In this document: piece by piece, positions 50,924-62,100 of the stretch
Numbering within the stretch: position 1 is the first letter of the stretch
How the letters are laid out: each line of letters opens with the position of its first letter
Assembly: GCA_963777605.1 (NCBI GenBank)
Contig: CAVZRV010000013.1
Location: forward strand, 1 to 64,000
Length of the DNA: 64,000 nucleotides
Direction of reading: 5' to 3'
Origin: an uncultured Acidobacteriota bacterium
GTDB taxonomy: Bacteria; Acidobacteriota; UBA6911; RPQK01; JAPXNP01
The notes under the pieces: model-generated
Told to the model about the DNA's origin: nothing
Database searches by the model: none
Seen by the model: only the letters and a program-made list of their open reading frames with translations
Translations under genes and position numbers: made by a program

Positions 50924-51928
50924 TCAGATCTGGAGCAGCTCGAAGCCTGCGTCGTTGAGATCGGATGTGCCGTGTCCTCGGCGTTCCGCTTCACCAATGA
51001 ACGGAAGTCCAGCGGGGTCTGCGCCTACCAGCGTGGCGCCATAGCTGTCGAGGGCCACCGGGTCGGTCGCCACGGCGATGATGCCCTCGTGGCGAAGATC
51101 ACTGGGACTCCCCCCGGTCGGTCCATTGCGGAACATGACCCGGGTGGCATCGAGTACGATCAGTGTCGGACGCACAATCGAGGCGAGATCGGCGACACTG
51201 ATATTGATGTCCTGATGGAGTCGGTTCCTCCGCCCACCGAGTAACCCGTACCAGTTCTTCATCCCAAGGGTTACGCCGGCCAGGGCATGGTGCTTTGCGG
51301 TCGGCAGCCCGATGACCTTCGTGGCGGTCTCGAACGGGGCGTAAAAGAACGTCCAGCGTTTGAGGATCTCATTCGTCGGCGTTTCCACATCGCGAAAGGC
51401 CCCGGCGTGAGGATAGACCACGGTTGCTCCGTTTGCCTCGGCGGCGGCGGCCACACCGGAGATCACCATGCAGCGATTCGGGTCGTTGATCGGATTGTCG
51501 ACTACCCAGACTTCCGACGCTCCCTGGGCCCGACACAGCTTTGCCATGGCGCCCACGACTTCAGGGCTCGTGGTTGCCCCGAGCGCCGGGGGCGAGGCGA
51601 ACCCCACGTTCGGTTTCAGCACAACCCGGTCACCCGGGTTAATGAAACGGCCCAAGCCGCCCAGTCTTTCCAGGCAGAGCTGGATCATCTGCTGAGGATT
51701 TCCCCCCTTCGCGGCAACGATCCCCGGACGATCCGGGAGGTGCTCCACCCGGTAGTCGGGAAGTGTGACTGCCCCCTGTCCCGCATTGGGAACACGGTTG
51801 TGGAGGGCGAAGCCGAGGCCGCCGACACCGGCCACGGCCGCGCCGGCGGTGCCGACGCGCCACATGAACTCTCTGCGTGAGCAGTGGTGTTCCTGTGGCG
51901 GGAACTTATTGACCTCATTCTTCGCCAT
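50924..51928 (-). CDS. DUF362 domain protein
   Basis: Tat-like SRREF, PGDRVVLKPN, TTSPEVV, K.H...TLGMKNWYG and DPVALD. Confidence 0.85.
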   Translation of the reverse strand: MAKNEVNKFPPQEHHCSRREFMWRVGTAGAAVAGVGGLGFALHNRVPNAGQGAVTLPDYRVEHLPDRPGIVAAKGGNPQQMIQLCLERLGGLGRFINPGDRVVLKPNVGFASPPALGATTSPEVVGAMAKLCRAQGASEVWVVDNPINDPNRCMVISGVAAAAEANGATVVYPHAGAFRDVETPTNEILKRWTFFYAPFETATKVIGLPTAKHHALAGVTLGMKNWYGLLGGRRNRLHQDINISVADLASIVRPTLIVLDATRVMFRNGPTGGSPSDLRHEGIIAVATDPVALDSYGATLVGADPAGLPFIGEAERRGHGTSDLNDAGFELLQI

Positions 51929-52932
51929 CTTGTGGGGCCTCCCCAATCTCTTTCGGTACGGTCTGGATTGCGCGCTTGAGCAGGTCTTGAACAAGGGGTT
52001 CGTGCGGTCTTCAGATCAGCCAGTCCAGTGCTGCCGGCGACGAAGTTGTCCCTCGCAATAAACAAGGTTGGGCCCACGTACTTGTCCTTCCCCCAGACGC
52101 TCTTCACTTCGGACTGGTAGTCTTCGGACTCGAGGCCGTCGCTCGATTTCAGGAATTCAGCGTGGTCCTTCAGAATCTTCTCCGCCTCGGCGGGGTTGGC
52201 CAGGTCGCAGAAAAAGAGCCGGTAAGTCCCGGTGGGCGTCTCATAGCTGGCGTAGAACGTGTCGGTCAGGTAGGAAAGCCCGAAAGCCGCGGACTTGGAG
52301 TAGGCCAGGGTGTCCGGTATCAGCCCTTCCTTCGGGAACGCGTCGAACTCGACCAGGCTTGTCGAGCCGTCATCGATCTTGTCTGCCACCGCTTCGGCCG
52401 CTTTACTGACCTCGCTGCCCATGTCAGTCGAGGTCAGTCCGTTGACCTTGACGAACAGCGGGCCCTTCCAGAAGGAGGCTGTGTTGCCGGAGGCGTATCC
52501 CGAGTTGCCCAGGGAGATCAGTTCGTCCTCGGGCGGCACGCTACTCATGAAAAGGCCGTATGCATTCCGGCGGAGCACCATGTCATACAACTCGACCACC
52601 AGCGAGGGAATTGCCTCCGACTCGGATGAGTACTCGGCCACCAGCAGGGCACGGAATCCGAAACCAATGTAATGGGGGGCCTGCCCGTCAATGTACTCGT
52701 AGAGGTTCTCCGGAGTGTAGATCCTGGTTCCAGAAAGGCTCCGGTTGTCGATCTTCTCCGGAGCCAGATCCATCCCGGCGATCCAGGGCGAGTCTGCGAC
52801 CGTCACCAGGGAAACCCGGTCGGAGTGGCCGGTCAAGTAGACCACGAGGGCGATGCAGGCCAGACAAGTGAGTATGATCCCGCTCGCAACCCGGTCGGCG
52901 GGGCGCGTCTTCTTCGATTTACGTCGAGCCAC
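51915..52932 (-). CDS. DUF6599-like exported protein (frameshift near C-terminus, ~52000)
   Basis: YTPENLYEYIDGQA..Y..FGF, VELYDM...NAYGLF and FWKG..FVKV. Confidence 0.7.
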
Positions 52933-52942
52933 TGGTTCTTCC

Positions 52943-54061
52943 TCAGACGAGGTGCTGGTGCGTTCTGCTCAGGAGCGGCTGCAGGGAGGTCCCTCGAGTG
53001 CAGGGGACTACGCAGTCTTCGCAGTCAACGCAGGGAGCGGCGTTTCCGGCGAGCTGCCGGTAGTTCTCACGAGCCAGTGAGTTGTCCCGATACCCCTCCA
53101 TGTACATCGAGCACCGCCTGACTTCGGTGACCTCGACACCGTGCGGGCAGAGTCCGTTACAGGATCCGCATCCGCTGCAGTGCAGGTCTGCCGTCGCCTC
53201 GACATAGCGATCCAGTTCCCGCTCCTCCCACAAGGCGAGTTTCTGGCCCATGACGGTGAGGTTGGCGTCGAGCTGCTGAAAATCGCGGGTTCCGGGCACG
53301 GCGCAGGAGATGTTCTTGTTTTCCAGTACCCATTTCAGGGCGGCCTGGTGCGGGGTCAGTCCTCCTTGAGGATTCGGAAAATCGCCCAGTTGAGTCTTCA
53401 TCGCGGTGATGCCGATTCCGGCAGCCGCAGCTTTCTCGATGGCGGCCAGTAGACGCGGGTTTGAAGCGGAGTAGTTGAACTTAACCAAAACCGTGTCATA
53501 GACGCCGGCATCGAACACGCTCTCGAGGGTTTCGGCCATGTTGGAATGAGAGCTGACACCGATGAAGCGGGTCTTTCCCTCCTTCTTCGCCTTTTGCAGT
53601 GCCGCAATCGATTCCTCGTTAAAGACCTGGTCGCGGCTGCTCAGGCCGTGAGCAAAGAGGTTGTCCACGTAGTCGGTCTGGAGCCGCTTGAGGCTGATGT
53701 CCAGGTTGTCCAGCATCTCCTTCGTGGTGCCCTGATGGATCTTCGTTGAGATGTAGACCTTGTTGCGGCGCCCCTTCATGGCCCGACCGACCTCGGCTTC
53801 GTTCTTTCCGCCTTTGTACCCGTGGGCCGTATCGAACCAGTTGATGCCCATGTCACCCGCTTTGGCGATGACTTCTTCCGGAGCGACCATGCAACCGAGG
53901 GATACGGTTGTGATCTTCATGCCGGTCTTTCCAAGGGTGCGATAGGTGAGCTGGGGCTGTCCCCCCTGGCTCGCCCGAATAACGGGGGCTGCTACGCCGA
54001 GAGCAATCGCGGCCGGGCCCATTTTCAGGATTTGTCTTCGCGTATGGTTCTTGTTGAACAT
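52943..54061 (-). CDS. Aldo/keto reductase with C-terminal 4Fe-4S motifs and Tat-like leader
   Basis: YRTLGKTG, FDTAHGY, SLKRLQTDYVD, IGVSSH, CSGCGSCNGLCP and CVDCEDC. Confidence 0.9.
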   Translation of the reverse strand: MFNKNHTRRQILKMGPAAIALGVAAPVIRASQGGQPQLTYRTLGKTGMKITTVSLGCMVAPEEVIAKAGDMGINWFDTAHGYKGGKNEAEVGRAMKGRRNKVYISTKIHQGTTKEMLDNLDISLKRLQTDYVDNLFAHGLSSRDQVFNEESIAALQKAKKEGKTRFIGVSSHSNMAETLESVFDAGVYDTVLVKFNYSASNPRLLAAIEKAAAAGIGITAMKTQLGDFPNPQGGLTPHQAALKWVLENKNISCAVPGTRDFQQLDANLTVMGQKLALWEERELDRYVEATADLHCSGCGSCNGLCPHGVEVTEVRRCSMYMEGYRDNSLARENYRQLAGNAAPCVDCEDCVVPCTRGTSLQPLLSRTHQHLV

Positions 54062-54238
54062 CGTTCTTCCTTCCGGGGTCGGGCAGTGTTGTTCCCTGCT
54101 GATGGAAAACTCGGTGTAAATAAGAATGTCAAGGTTTACACGGTCTCTATGTTGTCAATGATTAATTCTAAACAGAGGATTCGGTCTGTGCAAGCAGATA
54201 ATATAGGTGGGAATCCCGGCGGTTGGCGGCCGGACGAG

Positions 54239-54970
54239 TCAACTCATGTACCAGCCGCCATTTACGTTGATCGTCTGGCCGGTAATGTAGCCATTGCGGG
54301 CCAGCATGACCACGACGTCAGCGACTTCTTCGACGGTACCGAAACGCCCGACGGGAATGATATCCGGGCGTATCCCGGGGAGCGCCCGGACCATGTCGGT
54401 TTCGACCAGCGCGGGCGCAATTGAATTGACCGCGATTCCTTCCTTGCAGAGGAGGTTGGCGTAGGAGCGGCTCAGGCCCAGGATGCCGGCCTTTGAAGCG
54501 GCGTAGTGTGGGCCGACAACGCCTCCCGTCTGGGCTGCCACTGAAGAAAGATTGATGATCCGTCCCCAGCGGGCCTTTCTCATGGACGGAAGAACGGCCT
54601 GGGTGACCAGAAACACCGATTTGAGGTTCACAGTCAGGACTTCGTCCCAATCTTGTTCGGTGACCTCGTCGAGCGGTTGCGGGCGGGTGATCCCGGCGTT
54701 GTTGACCAGCACTTCGATCGGGCCAATTTCCATCTCGACGACCCCGATCATCTGCGCCACTTCCCGGGAGCGGGAGACGTCAGCCTGGACGCAGATCGCC
54801 CGGCTTCCCGAAGCCTTGATCTGCCCCGCCACCTCTTCCGCATCTTCCCGGTGGCTGAGGTAGTTCACGGCAACACTCACTCCGGCCCGCCCCAGTGCCA
54901 GGGCCGACGCCCGTCCAATTCCCCGGCTCGCGCCGGTGACCAGTGCTACACGTCCCTGCAGTTCGTCCAT
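54239..54970 (-). CDS. SDR-family oxidoreductase (3-oxoacyl-ACP reductase-like)
   Basis: TGASRGIG, NNAG, YAASK and ITGQTINVNGG. Confidence 0.92.
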   Translation of the reverse strand: MDELQGRVALVTGASRGIGRASALALGRAGVSVAVNYLSHREDAEEVAGQIKASGSRAICVQADVSRSREVAQMIGVVEMEIGPIEVLVNNAGITRPQPLDEVTEQDWDEVLTVNLKSVFLVTQAVLPSMRKARWGRIINLSSVAAQTGGVVGPHYAASKAGILGLSRSYANLLCKEGIAVNSIAPALVETDMVRALPGIRPDIIPVGRFGTVEEVADVVVMLARNGYITGQTINVNGGWYMS

Positions 54971-55156
54971 ACTGAAATGCTAACAGGTGACACGCCCCAA
55001 ATTCGACCGTAAATGCCCGCCGAAAAACAGTTTTGGTCGAGGTCTGGCACTTTTTCCCCATCAACCAGCTCTCGACCCCGTTTGAAGACACCTGGGCTGT
55101 TGACTGGCCCCTAATTCGGTGCCAGACCTGGAAAAATAGTCTTTATGCGTAAATGG

Positions 55157-57724
55157 TTAGAAGTCAATTCGGTGCGTGTCACCGAATTTGAGGCGTTGGA
55201 GGGCGTTCCAGAGGAGCAGGAAGGCGAAACGGGGTAGAAAGAGGATGACTTTCGCCGGTGGGAGCAGGATTGCCCGCCAGAGAGGCAGATGAGAACCAAA
55301 TCGGCGGTTGCGGCGGAAGTTGGCCAGGTTTCCCCATCGTACGTAGAAGCAGTCCAGGTCTTCGTTGAAGGCGAGGCGACTGCGCGCAGGAATCATCCAG
55401 AACAGCAACTTGTGCTTGAGAAATATGCGTCGGCCGGAAAACAGGGCGGCAACTACGTCCGGTCTCCGACCCATGAATTTGCGGAGTTTGAACAGGTTGG
55501 CAAAGACCGCTCCTCCCCGGTACGTGACCACCGCGTCAACATCCGGTTGCCCGCGGTAGGAAGCTTCTCGTTCTTCAGCACAGAAGACCGTAATGCGGGC
55601 GTGAGGGACGACGTGAGGGCGGCGGACGATCTCGAGTGCCTCGAGCATTTCGGGTGTCCCTTCAGTCTCGAGCAAGAGCACATCGTGAGCGAAGGGTTTG
55701 GCAGCTTTGAACGCGAACGGTTCCATCCGGAAGAGTCGTGGCCAAGTGAATGAGTTGAGCCAATACCCGTCGAGGCTGGCGTTGAAGATGAGCTGACGTC
55801 GGAACGAGGAGAACAGGAACAGCAGCTTGGCCCAGCGGAAAACAGGGCGGCCGGAAAAGACGGCAGACGATACCTGCGGACGGAATTTCCGGATTTTCCT
55901 CCAGGTTCGAAAGCCCTCGCCGAACGAGAGCTTTTCTGGAAACGGAAGAATCTCGACATTGTCCTGCCGGGGGGCAATTGAATCGGCGTCCCGGGCGCGG
56001 CAAATGAGCATTATCTGCGCATCGGGATAGAGTTGGGGACCGTTGAGGCGTTGATAGACTTCTTTCAGTGCCGGCGCCACCTCGGTCTGGACGAGGAGCA
56101 CGCGGGTGCGATCGACGGGTGTGGCGATGCCGAACCGCAGCGGTTCCCGGTGGAAGAGCCTGGGCAGGGTGGTGGGGGTGAGCCAGTACCCGTCTAGACC
56201 GGCGTTGAACACCAACTTTCGGCGCAAGGTCGCCAGGTGAAAAAGGAGCTTGGCTCCCCGGAAAACCGGACGTCCGGTGAAAACGGCACTGGAAACCTGG
56301 GGCCGAAAACGGCGAATCCGGCGCCAGGTTCGAAAAAGAGTGACCGGGGAATTCCGTCTTGGAAAGGGAACGATCGCCTCGACTCCCTGGAGATCGTAGA
56401 AGTGCTGGCGGTCCTCGTCACGGCAGATCACGAGAAACTGGGCGCCCGGGTAGAGCCGGGGCCTGGTCAGCGCTGCGTGAGCGCCCGCCATGTACTCCGG
56501 GATTTCGGTCTGAACGAGGAGCACGCGGGTGCGGTCTTCGGTGTTGGAAACACCGAAGACTTGCGGTTCCCGTCGCAACGGACGGCGCCAGGTCCGCAAG
56601 GTCAGCCAGTAGTCGTTCAGGCTGGCGTTGAACACGAGTTTCCGGAGACTGCCGGTGAGGAGGAAGAGCGCTTTACTGGAACGGTAGACGGGTCGTCCGG
56701 TCAGGGGCGCCGCGTTAAAAGTGGGGTGGAATTCCTTGATGCGGCGGCGATACCGTTTGAAGTGCCGCCAGTTCAGAATACCGGGAATCACCAGCAATTC
56801 GTCCACCGCCGCCTGTTTCTCCAGGTACTTCGCGTCCTCCGGTCGGGCCACAACCAGAATGCGGCAGTCCGGAAACAATCGGTGTTTCCGGAGTCGCTCG
56901 GCACAGGCTGCGACGTACTCGCGGGAAGCGGTCTGGATGAGCAGAATCCGGGCGCCGAAGCTGCGGCGGGGTTCCCGATTGCGGATCCGGTTGAGCAGGA
57001 ATCGAGCAAGGCTGCGAGAGCTGGAGTAGAAGAACTCTCCGTTCTCGTTGATGATGAGGAGCCGGGGAACTCTCAGGATAAAAGGCAACAGTTTCAATTT
57101 GAGGAGGTGAGGCTCGCCGGTGAAATAGACAACGGCCCCGTCGAAGCTCTGCCGGCGCAGGGAGCGCCAAAGTGCGAATAGCTTTCCCTTCGAGACCCGG
57201 GTCAATTCAGCCTGCGCGGGAATCAGTTGCAGCAGGGTTTCACGGTTGGCCTCCAGGTGTCCGGGGTGGGCGGACTCTATCAGGAGCAGCTTCTCGCCCA
57301 GGGGGCGATGGGGAAAACGCTGCAGGTATTGCGCGAACGAAGGATCGGGTTCGGCCAGTGGAAGGGCCATCGATCGAAGGAGCGCTACGCGGGTCATCGG
57401 GCGCAAGGTGCCCCGGTAATCGACCCATTGATGATTCCCGCTAAGGGATCGAGCGGCCTGCTTGATTCTCCGGTAACCCCGGTTGAGGAGAGGGTAGACC
57501 ACCAGGCTGAAATCGTCCGTTGCCGGAAGTTCGCGCAGGTAGTGGATGTTCTCACCCTGGAGCAGTTGTTCGGCGTAAAAACGGACCTGCGGATGGTCGA
57601 GCGCCAGTCCTTCGATTTCCCAGTCGGGGTGGAGTTCCTGGAGATGTCGCCAAACGAAGACCCACTGGGGAATATTGCAGCACTGTACGAGCAACACCCG
57701 GCGACGGGATTTCGACTCAGCCAC
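55157..57724 (-). CDS. Protein of ~6 tandem ~140-aa Rossmann-like repeats (resembling the GT9 N-terminal half)
   Basis: Repeated (R/K)VLL(V/I)(Q/E)(T/S)...R..R...AVF(T/S)GRPVF..KLLF...R.LVFN..LD.YWL units; overlaps the upstream GT gene. Confidence 0.7.
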   Translation of the reverse strand: MAESKSRRRVLLVQCCNIPQWVFVWRHLQELHPDWEIEGLALDHPQVRFYAEQLLQGENIHYLRELPATDDFSLVVYPLLNRGYRRIKQAARSLSGNHQWVDYRGTLRPMTRVALLRSMALPLAEPDPSFAQYLQRFPHRPLGEKLLLIESAHPGHLEANRETLLQLIPAQAELTRVSKGKLFALWRSLRRQSFDGAVVYFTGEPHLLKLKLLPFILRVPRLLIINENGEFFYSSSRSLARFLLNRIRNREPRRSFGARILLIQTASREYVAACAERLRKHRLFPDCRILVVARPEDAKYLEKQAAVDELLVIPGILNWRHFKRYRRRIKEFHPTFNAAPLTGRPVYRSSKALFLLTGSLRKLVFNASLNDYWLTLRTWRRPLRREPQVFGVSNTEDRTRVLLVQTEIPEYMAGAHAALTRPRLYPGAQFLVICRDEDRQHFYDLQGVEAIVPFPRRNSPVTLFRTWRRIRRFRPQVSSAVFTGRPVFRGAKLLFHLATLRRKLVFNAGLDGYWLTPTTLPRLFHREPLRFGIATPVDRTRVLLVQTEVAPALKEVYQRLNGPQLYPDAQIMLICRARDADSIAPRQDNVEILPFPEKLSFGEGFRTWRKIRKFRPQVSSAVFSGRPVFRWAKLLFLFSSFRRQLIFNASLDGYWLNSFTWPRLFRMEPFAFKAAKPFAHDVLLLETEGTPEMLEALEIVRRPHVVPHARITVFCAEEREASYRGQPDVDAVVTYRGGAVFANLFKLRKFMGRRPDVVAALFSGRRIFLKHKLLFWMIPARSRLAFNEDLDCFYVRWGNLANFRRNRRFGSHLPLWRAILLPPAKVILFLPRFAFLLLWNALQRLKFGDTHRIDF

Positions 57725-60023
57725 GGTCCCTCCCCGTATTATTCTGCGCGGCTTTGCGATAGAGGTCGCTCATTTGCCGGCCCAGGATGTCCCAGTCGTA
57801 ACGATTCTCGGCTATCTGGCGACCCCGGTCCCCGAGGACGCGGCAGAATTCGGGATTGCGCAAGAGAGCAACTGTCCAGAGGGTGAACTCGTCGGGCCTG
57901 TCGGCAATCATGATGTTCTCGCCGTGAATGGCCTCGATCCCTTGGCAGGCCAGGCTGGTAGCGACCATGGCTTTGCCGACCGACCATCCCTCCAGAATCT
58001 TGCCACGGATTCCGACTCCGGTTCGGAGCGGAACGACGACCACAGCCGCGCGCTCGTAATACTGCTGGATGTCATCGACAAACCCGGTGACCGTGATATT
58101 GGGGTGCTTTTCGAGCCGCCGAATCTCCGGCGGCGGGGAGGATCCGACGATGTAGAGGTGGGCGTCGGGAATCTCGTCGAGGACCCCGGGAAGGATTTGG
58201 CGCGTGAAGAACTTCATGGCGTCGAGATTGGGAGCATGTCGGAAAGCCCCGACGAACACCAGAGAATTCGGTTCTTCCCGTGATGACGAGTAGGCAAAAG
58301 CCTGCGTGTCAACGCCGGTGTTGACCACTTCGAGTGGCGGCCTGACCAGGTAGGGTTCCAGGTATCCCCGGTCCTCTCCGGTCACACAGATCACGTGGTC
58401 CACCTGCCGGCACAGCTCAACTTCGCGGTAGAGCGTCTGCAGCGTGTTGTAGTACAGGCGGGGCTTCCTGAGCGGATTTTCCTCTACGCCGAGCAGGGTG
58501 CGGTGGGCGGCGTAGTTCACCTCGATTTCGGTCACCAGACGCGGAATGTCCCGAAAGAGGTCGGCGTAGAGCACCATCTGCGTCCACTCGAAGTGGACCA
58601 GGTCATAGTCTTCTTCGCAGAGGAGTTCCTTGATTTTCTGGCGCATCTCGGGGACGTTGAATTCCTCGAAGGGCTCGTAGGCGAACCAGGAAAGGGGCAG
58701 ATACCCGCGTCGCAAAACGGTCTCAACCCGCCGACAGACGGTTTCGGCCTGGTGCAGAAAGCGCAGGTCGCTGTCGTCCTCGACGAAGGTCAGCAGGGTC
58801 ACCTCGAAGTCCTGGGCCACGCGCTTGAGAAGTTGGAAAACTCTTCCCGCCCCTCCGTGAGTGCCGAGGTGGGGCAGGTACGCGCTGACGATGAGGAGGC
58901 GCAGCGGGGCTTCTCCGGCACGCCGAACCGGCGTGAGCCGGGGCTGAAAGCGATTGAAGTAAAGAAACGGGGCGCGACTCCAGGAGAAAATCTGCCGGTC
59001 TGTGAATGCCCGCGGCGGTTCCTGCGTCCGGAGCCACAGGACTTTCGGGAGTCGACCGAGGGCTCGGAGGTAGGCGGCCGGCCGGACCCACTTGGTCAGG
59101 TTGAGCGGAAACAGGAGCAGGTGGGGAACCAGGGTCCGGAGTTGGAAATTTCGCCAGATGTACCAGAGCCGCCTCTCTTCGACGACAATGGCCAGTTCCT
59201 TCTCAGTGAAACGCCGGGACGTGCTGCTGCGGTGCTTGTGCAGCACTCGACTCTCGGCGGCGAGGAACACCTTCCAGCCTCTGCGCCAGGCCCGGTAGCT
59301 GAGGTCGGTGTCTTCGAAGTAGCAGGGGGAAAAGAGGTCGGAGAACCCCCCGAGCTGGAGGTAGCAATCGCGACGGAATGCCGTGGAGCCCCCTCCGCCC
59401 CAGAGCACGGGGGTCCGCTTCCGGGTGTAATGGTAAGGGCGGATCTCGGCATGAGCCAGGTGAAGGAAGCCTTGCCGGAAGCGCCCCTCGGTCTGGCCGG
59501 TTTCCTCCCGCCGCTTGCCGGGGGGAAACTCGACCTGGGCTGAAACGGCAAAGACTCCAGGATCGGCGAAACCGTCGAGGAGTGGCTGCAGGAAGTCCTT
59601 CGACACGATCATGTCGTTATTGAGCAGGACCACGACCGGGTGAGTTGCCGCTTCGACGCCCCGATTGTTTCCTTCGGAGAATCCGAGGTTTTCCGGCAGT
59701 TGCAGCAGGTCAACACCAGGGTGGTGGTCGCGGAGCCATTCCACGCTGTCGTCCGTGCTCCCGTTGTCTACGACCAGGATCTGGTGACCTCCGCCGACAT
59801 GCCGGACCGCGCGTTCCAGGGCGGGGATGCACTCTTCGAGAAGATGCCGCCCGTTCCAGTTCAAGACCAGGAGCGTGGCCGACGGATTGGCGAGAGGCTC
59901 GAGGGGTTGCGCCTTGCGCTGCCACGGAGATGCCGCCAGGCGCACTACCTCGAAGATGGCGAAAACCGCCAGCAGGATGAGCTGGAGTGGGAGCAGGACG
60001 ACCCACAACAGGACGCGCTTCAT
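57717..60023 (-). CDS. Bifunctional glycosyltransferase (GT2 + GT4)
   Basis: GT2 motifs VLNWNG, VVDNGSTD, LLNND and EDTDLSYRAW. GT4 motifs GG..R, NTGVD, FVG.F.H.PN and G.RGKILE. Confidence 0.9.
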   Translation of the reverse strand: MKRVLLWVVLLPLQLILLAVFAIFEVVRLAASPWQRKAQPLEPLANPSATLLVLNWNGRHLLEECIPALERAVRHVGGGHQILVVDNGSTDDSVEWLRDHHPGVDLLQLPENLGFSEGNNRGVEAATHPVVVLLNNDMIVSKDFLQPLLDGFADPGVFAVSAQVEFPPGKRREETGQTEGRFRQGFLHLAHAEIRPYHYTRKRTPVLWGGGGSTAFRRDCYLQLGGFSDLFSPCYFEDTDLSYRAWRRGWKVFLAAESRVLHKHRSSTSRRFTEKELAIVVEERRLWYIWRNFQLRTLVPHLLLFPLNLTKWVRPAAYLRALGRLPKVLWLRTQEPPRAFTDRQIFSWSRAPFLYFNRFQPRLTPVRRAGEAPLRLLIVSAYLPHLGTHGGAGRVFQLLKRVAQDFEVTLLTFVEDDSDLRFLHQAETVCRRVETVLRRGYLPLSWFAYEPFEEFNVPEMRQKIKELLCEEDYDLVHFEWTQMVLYADLFRDIPRLVTEIEVNYAAHRTLLGVEENPLRKPRLYYNTLQTLYREVELCRQVDHVICVTGEDRGYLEPYLVRPPLEVVNTGVDTQAFAYSSSREEPNSLVFVGAFRHAPNLDAMKFFTRQILPGVLDEIPDAHLYIVGSSPPPEIRRLEKHPNITVTGFVDDIQQYYERAAVVVVPLRTGVGIRGKILEGWSVGKAMVATSLACQGIEAIHGENIMIADRPDEFTLWTVALLRNPEFCRVLGDRGRQIAENRYDWDILGRQMSDLYRKAAQNNTGRDRG

Positions 60024-61367
60024 TGCTGCAGTTCCATTCGAGAGATCATCACACCAAGCTGGCGCCGGTCGTTGGCGTTGTCCGGGACGAACGTCCGGTC
60101 GCACCGAATTTCAACCTCGAAGAGGCGGCGCTCCGAGTCGGAAAAGGGTATCAGGAAGGTCGCTTCGAAGGTCTGCCCGGCCTGAATCGGCTTTCTCCCG
60201 ACCCGGAGTCCCTTCAACCAGGATGTCGAGCGCATTTTCCCGCGGGGAGAAACCCTCCACGTGAAGATAGTGAACCGAGTCCCGGCTCTGCAGGTAGCAG
60301 ACGGCCCGCCCCCCAATCCAGCGAATGGGCCGTTCTTGCGATTCAGGCCAAAACCACCCCGGTCCCAACTGATGGTTGAAGGGAGGGTTCGAAAAGTCGA
60401 TGGCTGGAGCGAACTCTTCGATCGGCTCCGCGCTCGGTTGAGCACTCTCGTAGTACCAGTCCTTGCGGAGTTTTCGGCGCATTCTGGAACGGTCTTCAGT
60501 ACGGACCAGGATGGGCCAGAATTCGGCGTGCAGGAGCCATCCGAATCCGAGGTAGGCGAGCCAGCCGTAGAGCGGGTGCAGGTCCAGATAGTCCTTCCTG
60601 TCCAGGCCGCAGGGCAGTTCGTGCAGCGACGCCAGCCCGGCCCTGGCAAGGGCCTTTTTCAGGAAGCCCGGTCGCATCAGCGGGATATTCCGAAACGTAA
60701 TGTGCTCGCGCAGGAACTCCGGGTTCCGCCAGCCGATGTAGCGATCGGCCAAAGCCACAGGCAGAAACTGTGGTCCGTTGAGTTCGGAGTGAGCATCGTA
60801 GGGATACCAGAAATTCGGGGTCGTGAAAAAGACCATCCCCATCGGCCCGAGGACTCGCCTGATTTCGCTGAGAAACGCCTCCTGCCAGGGCTTTCCTCCG
60901 ACGAGATGCTCGATGACGTCGAAGGCGATGACAAGGTCGAAACTCGCGTCCGGGAAGGGGAGTTCGATCCCGCTGCAGCGAAGATAGGCACGCCCGTCCG
61001 CGGGGACGGAGAACTGGAGCACGTGGGTGTGGTAGTCGGCCCCGAAATACTCAGCCCCGCGGGCCGCGAGGATCTCGCCGAGGCCCCCCGTTCCGCAACC
61101 GATATCCAGAACCCGTCGTCCTTTCAGTTCGGTCAGGACGATCGACTCAAACTGAGCCAGCAACTCCGCGTTACGCTTTCGGCTGGCCTGCCAGTATTCG
61201 ACCCAGCGACGGAACGCTGCGCTGTTTCTCGACCCGTAGATGGCTTCAGCAACCGCCTCGATTGAGGCGAGGTCGGCCGACCGCCCGGAGATCCCCGGAG
61301 GAAGCTTCCGGCCAGCCGCCGAGTCGCCCGGATTTTCGGTTTTTGAATGTGACGACCGTCGCACCAT
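60020..61367 (-). CDS. Class I SAM-dependent methyltransferase with C-terminal beta domain (frameshift ~60210)
   Basis: VLDIGCGTG, LPFPDASFDLV, DVIEHL and TPN. The C-terminus continues in another frame (...DRRQLGV). Confidence 0.85.
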
Positions 61368-61484
61368 AGTCAACCAAAAAACGTTAAGATGCATCCATAT
61401 AAGACGATATAGCGCTATGGAGCAACACTGGCAGCGAGAGACTCGAGGATACTGGAGCCCATATCGTTTCGAAACGAGGATTCT

Positions 61485-62100
61485 ATGACAAGAGGTGCGA
61501 GGCTTGTAGCGACACTCGCGGCGTTGTGCTGCGTGCTGGGGACGACATCGTTCGGAATTTCGGTACGCACGGTCAACCTGGGTGAGATGGTCGGTGCGTC
61601 CGAACGGATCTTCTACGGCCGCTGCATCGGAGTGGCCGATCTGGGTGACGCTGGATATGGAGTCCCGGTGCGACTGTACCGGTTCCAGGTCCTGGACGGG
61701 CTGAAGAACGCGGCCACGGGAGACGTGGTGGAGTTTCGCCAGGTTCGGGGGCGGGGGCCCGGGGCTCGCATCCCAGGAGTCCCCGAATATCGAAAGGGGC
61801 AGGAACTGATGCTCTTTCTCTATCGCCGACTCGAGGCTGGGCCTCACCAGCCCGGTTGGGATGCAGCAGGGTGTATTCCGCACGGAACGCCTGCGGTCGG
61901 GTGAAGTCGGGTTCATCAACGGTTACGAGAACCGGAACCTGGCCCAGGGCATGACCCAGCAGGCGGCCGCCGGAGCCGGCCTGACCCCGGCTGAGTTGCA
62001 GGATCTGAGCAGCGGGGCGCCGGTCCCGCTTGACCGGTTTCGGAACCTGGTAGACAAGCTGGACCGCCACTCGGGGCTCTTTCAGGAGGCTGTGCAGTGA
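61485..62100 (+). CDS. Hypothetical secreted protein (frameshift ~61835)
   Basis: Signal peptide; G.P.Y.KGQE..LFLY continues as VGMQQGVF in the next frame. Confidence 0.65.
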
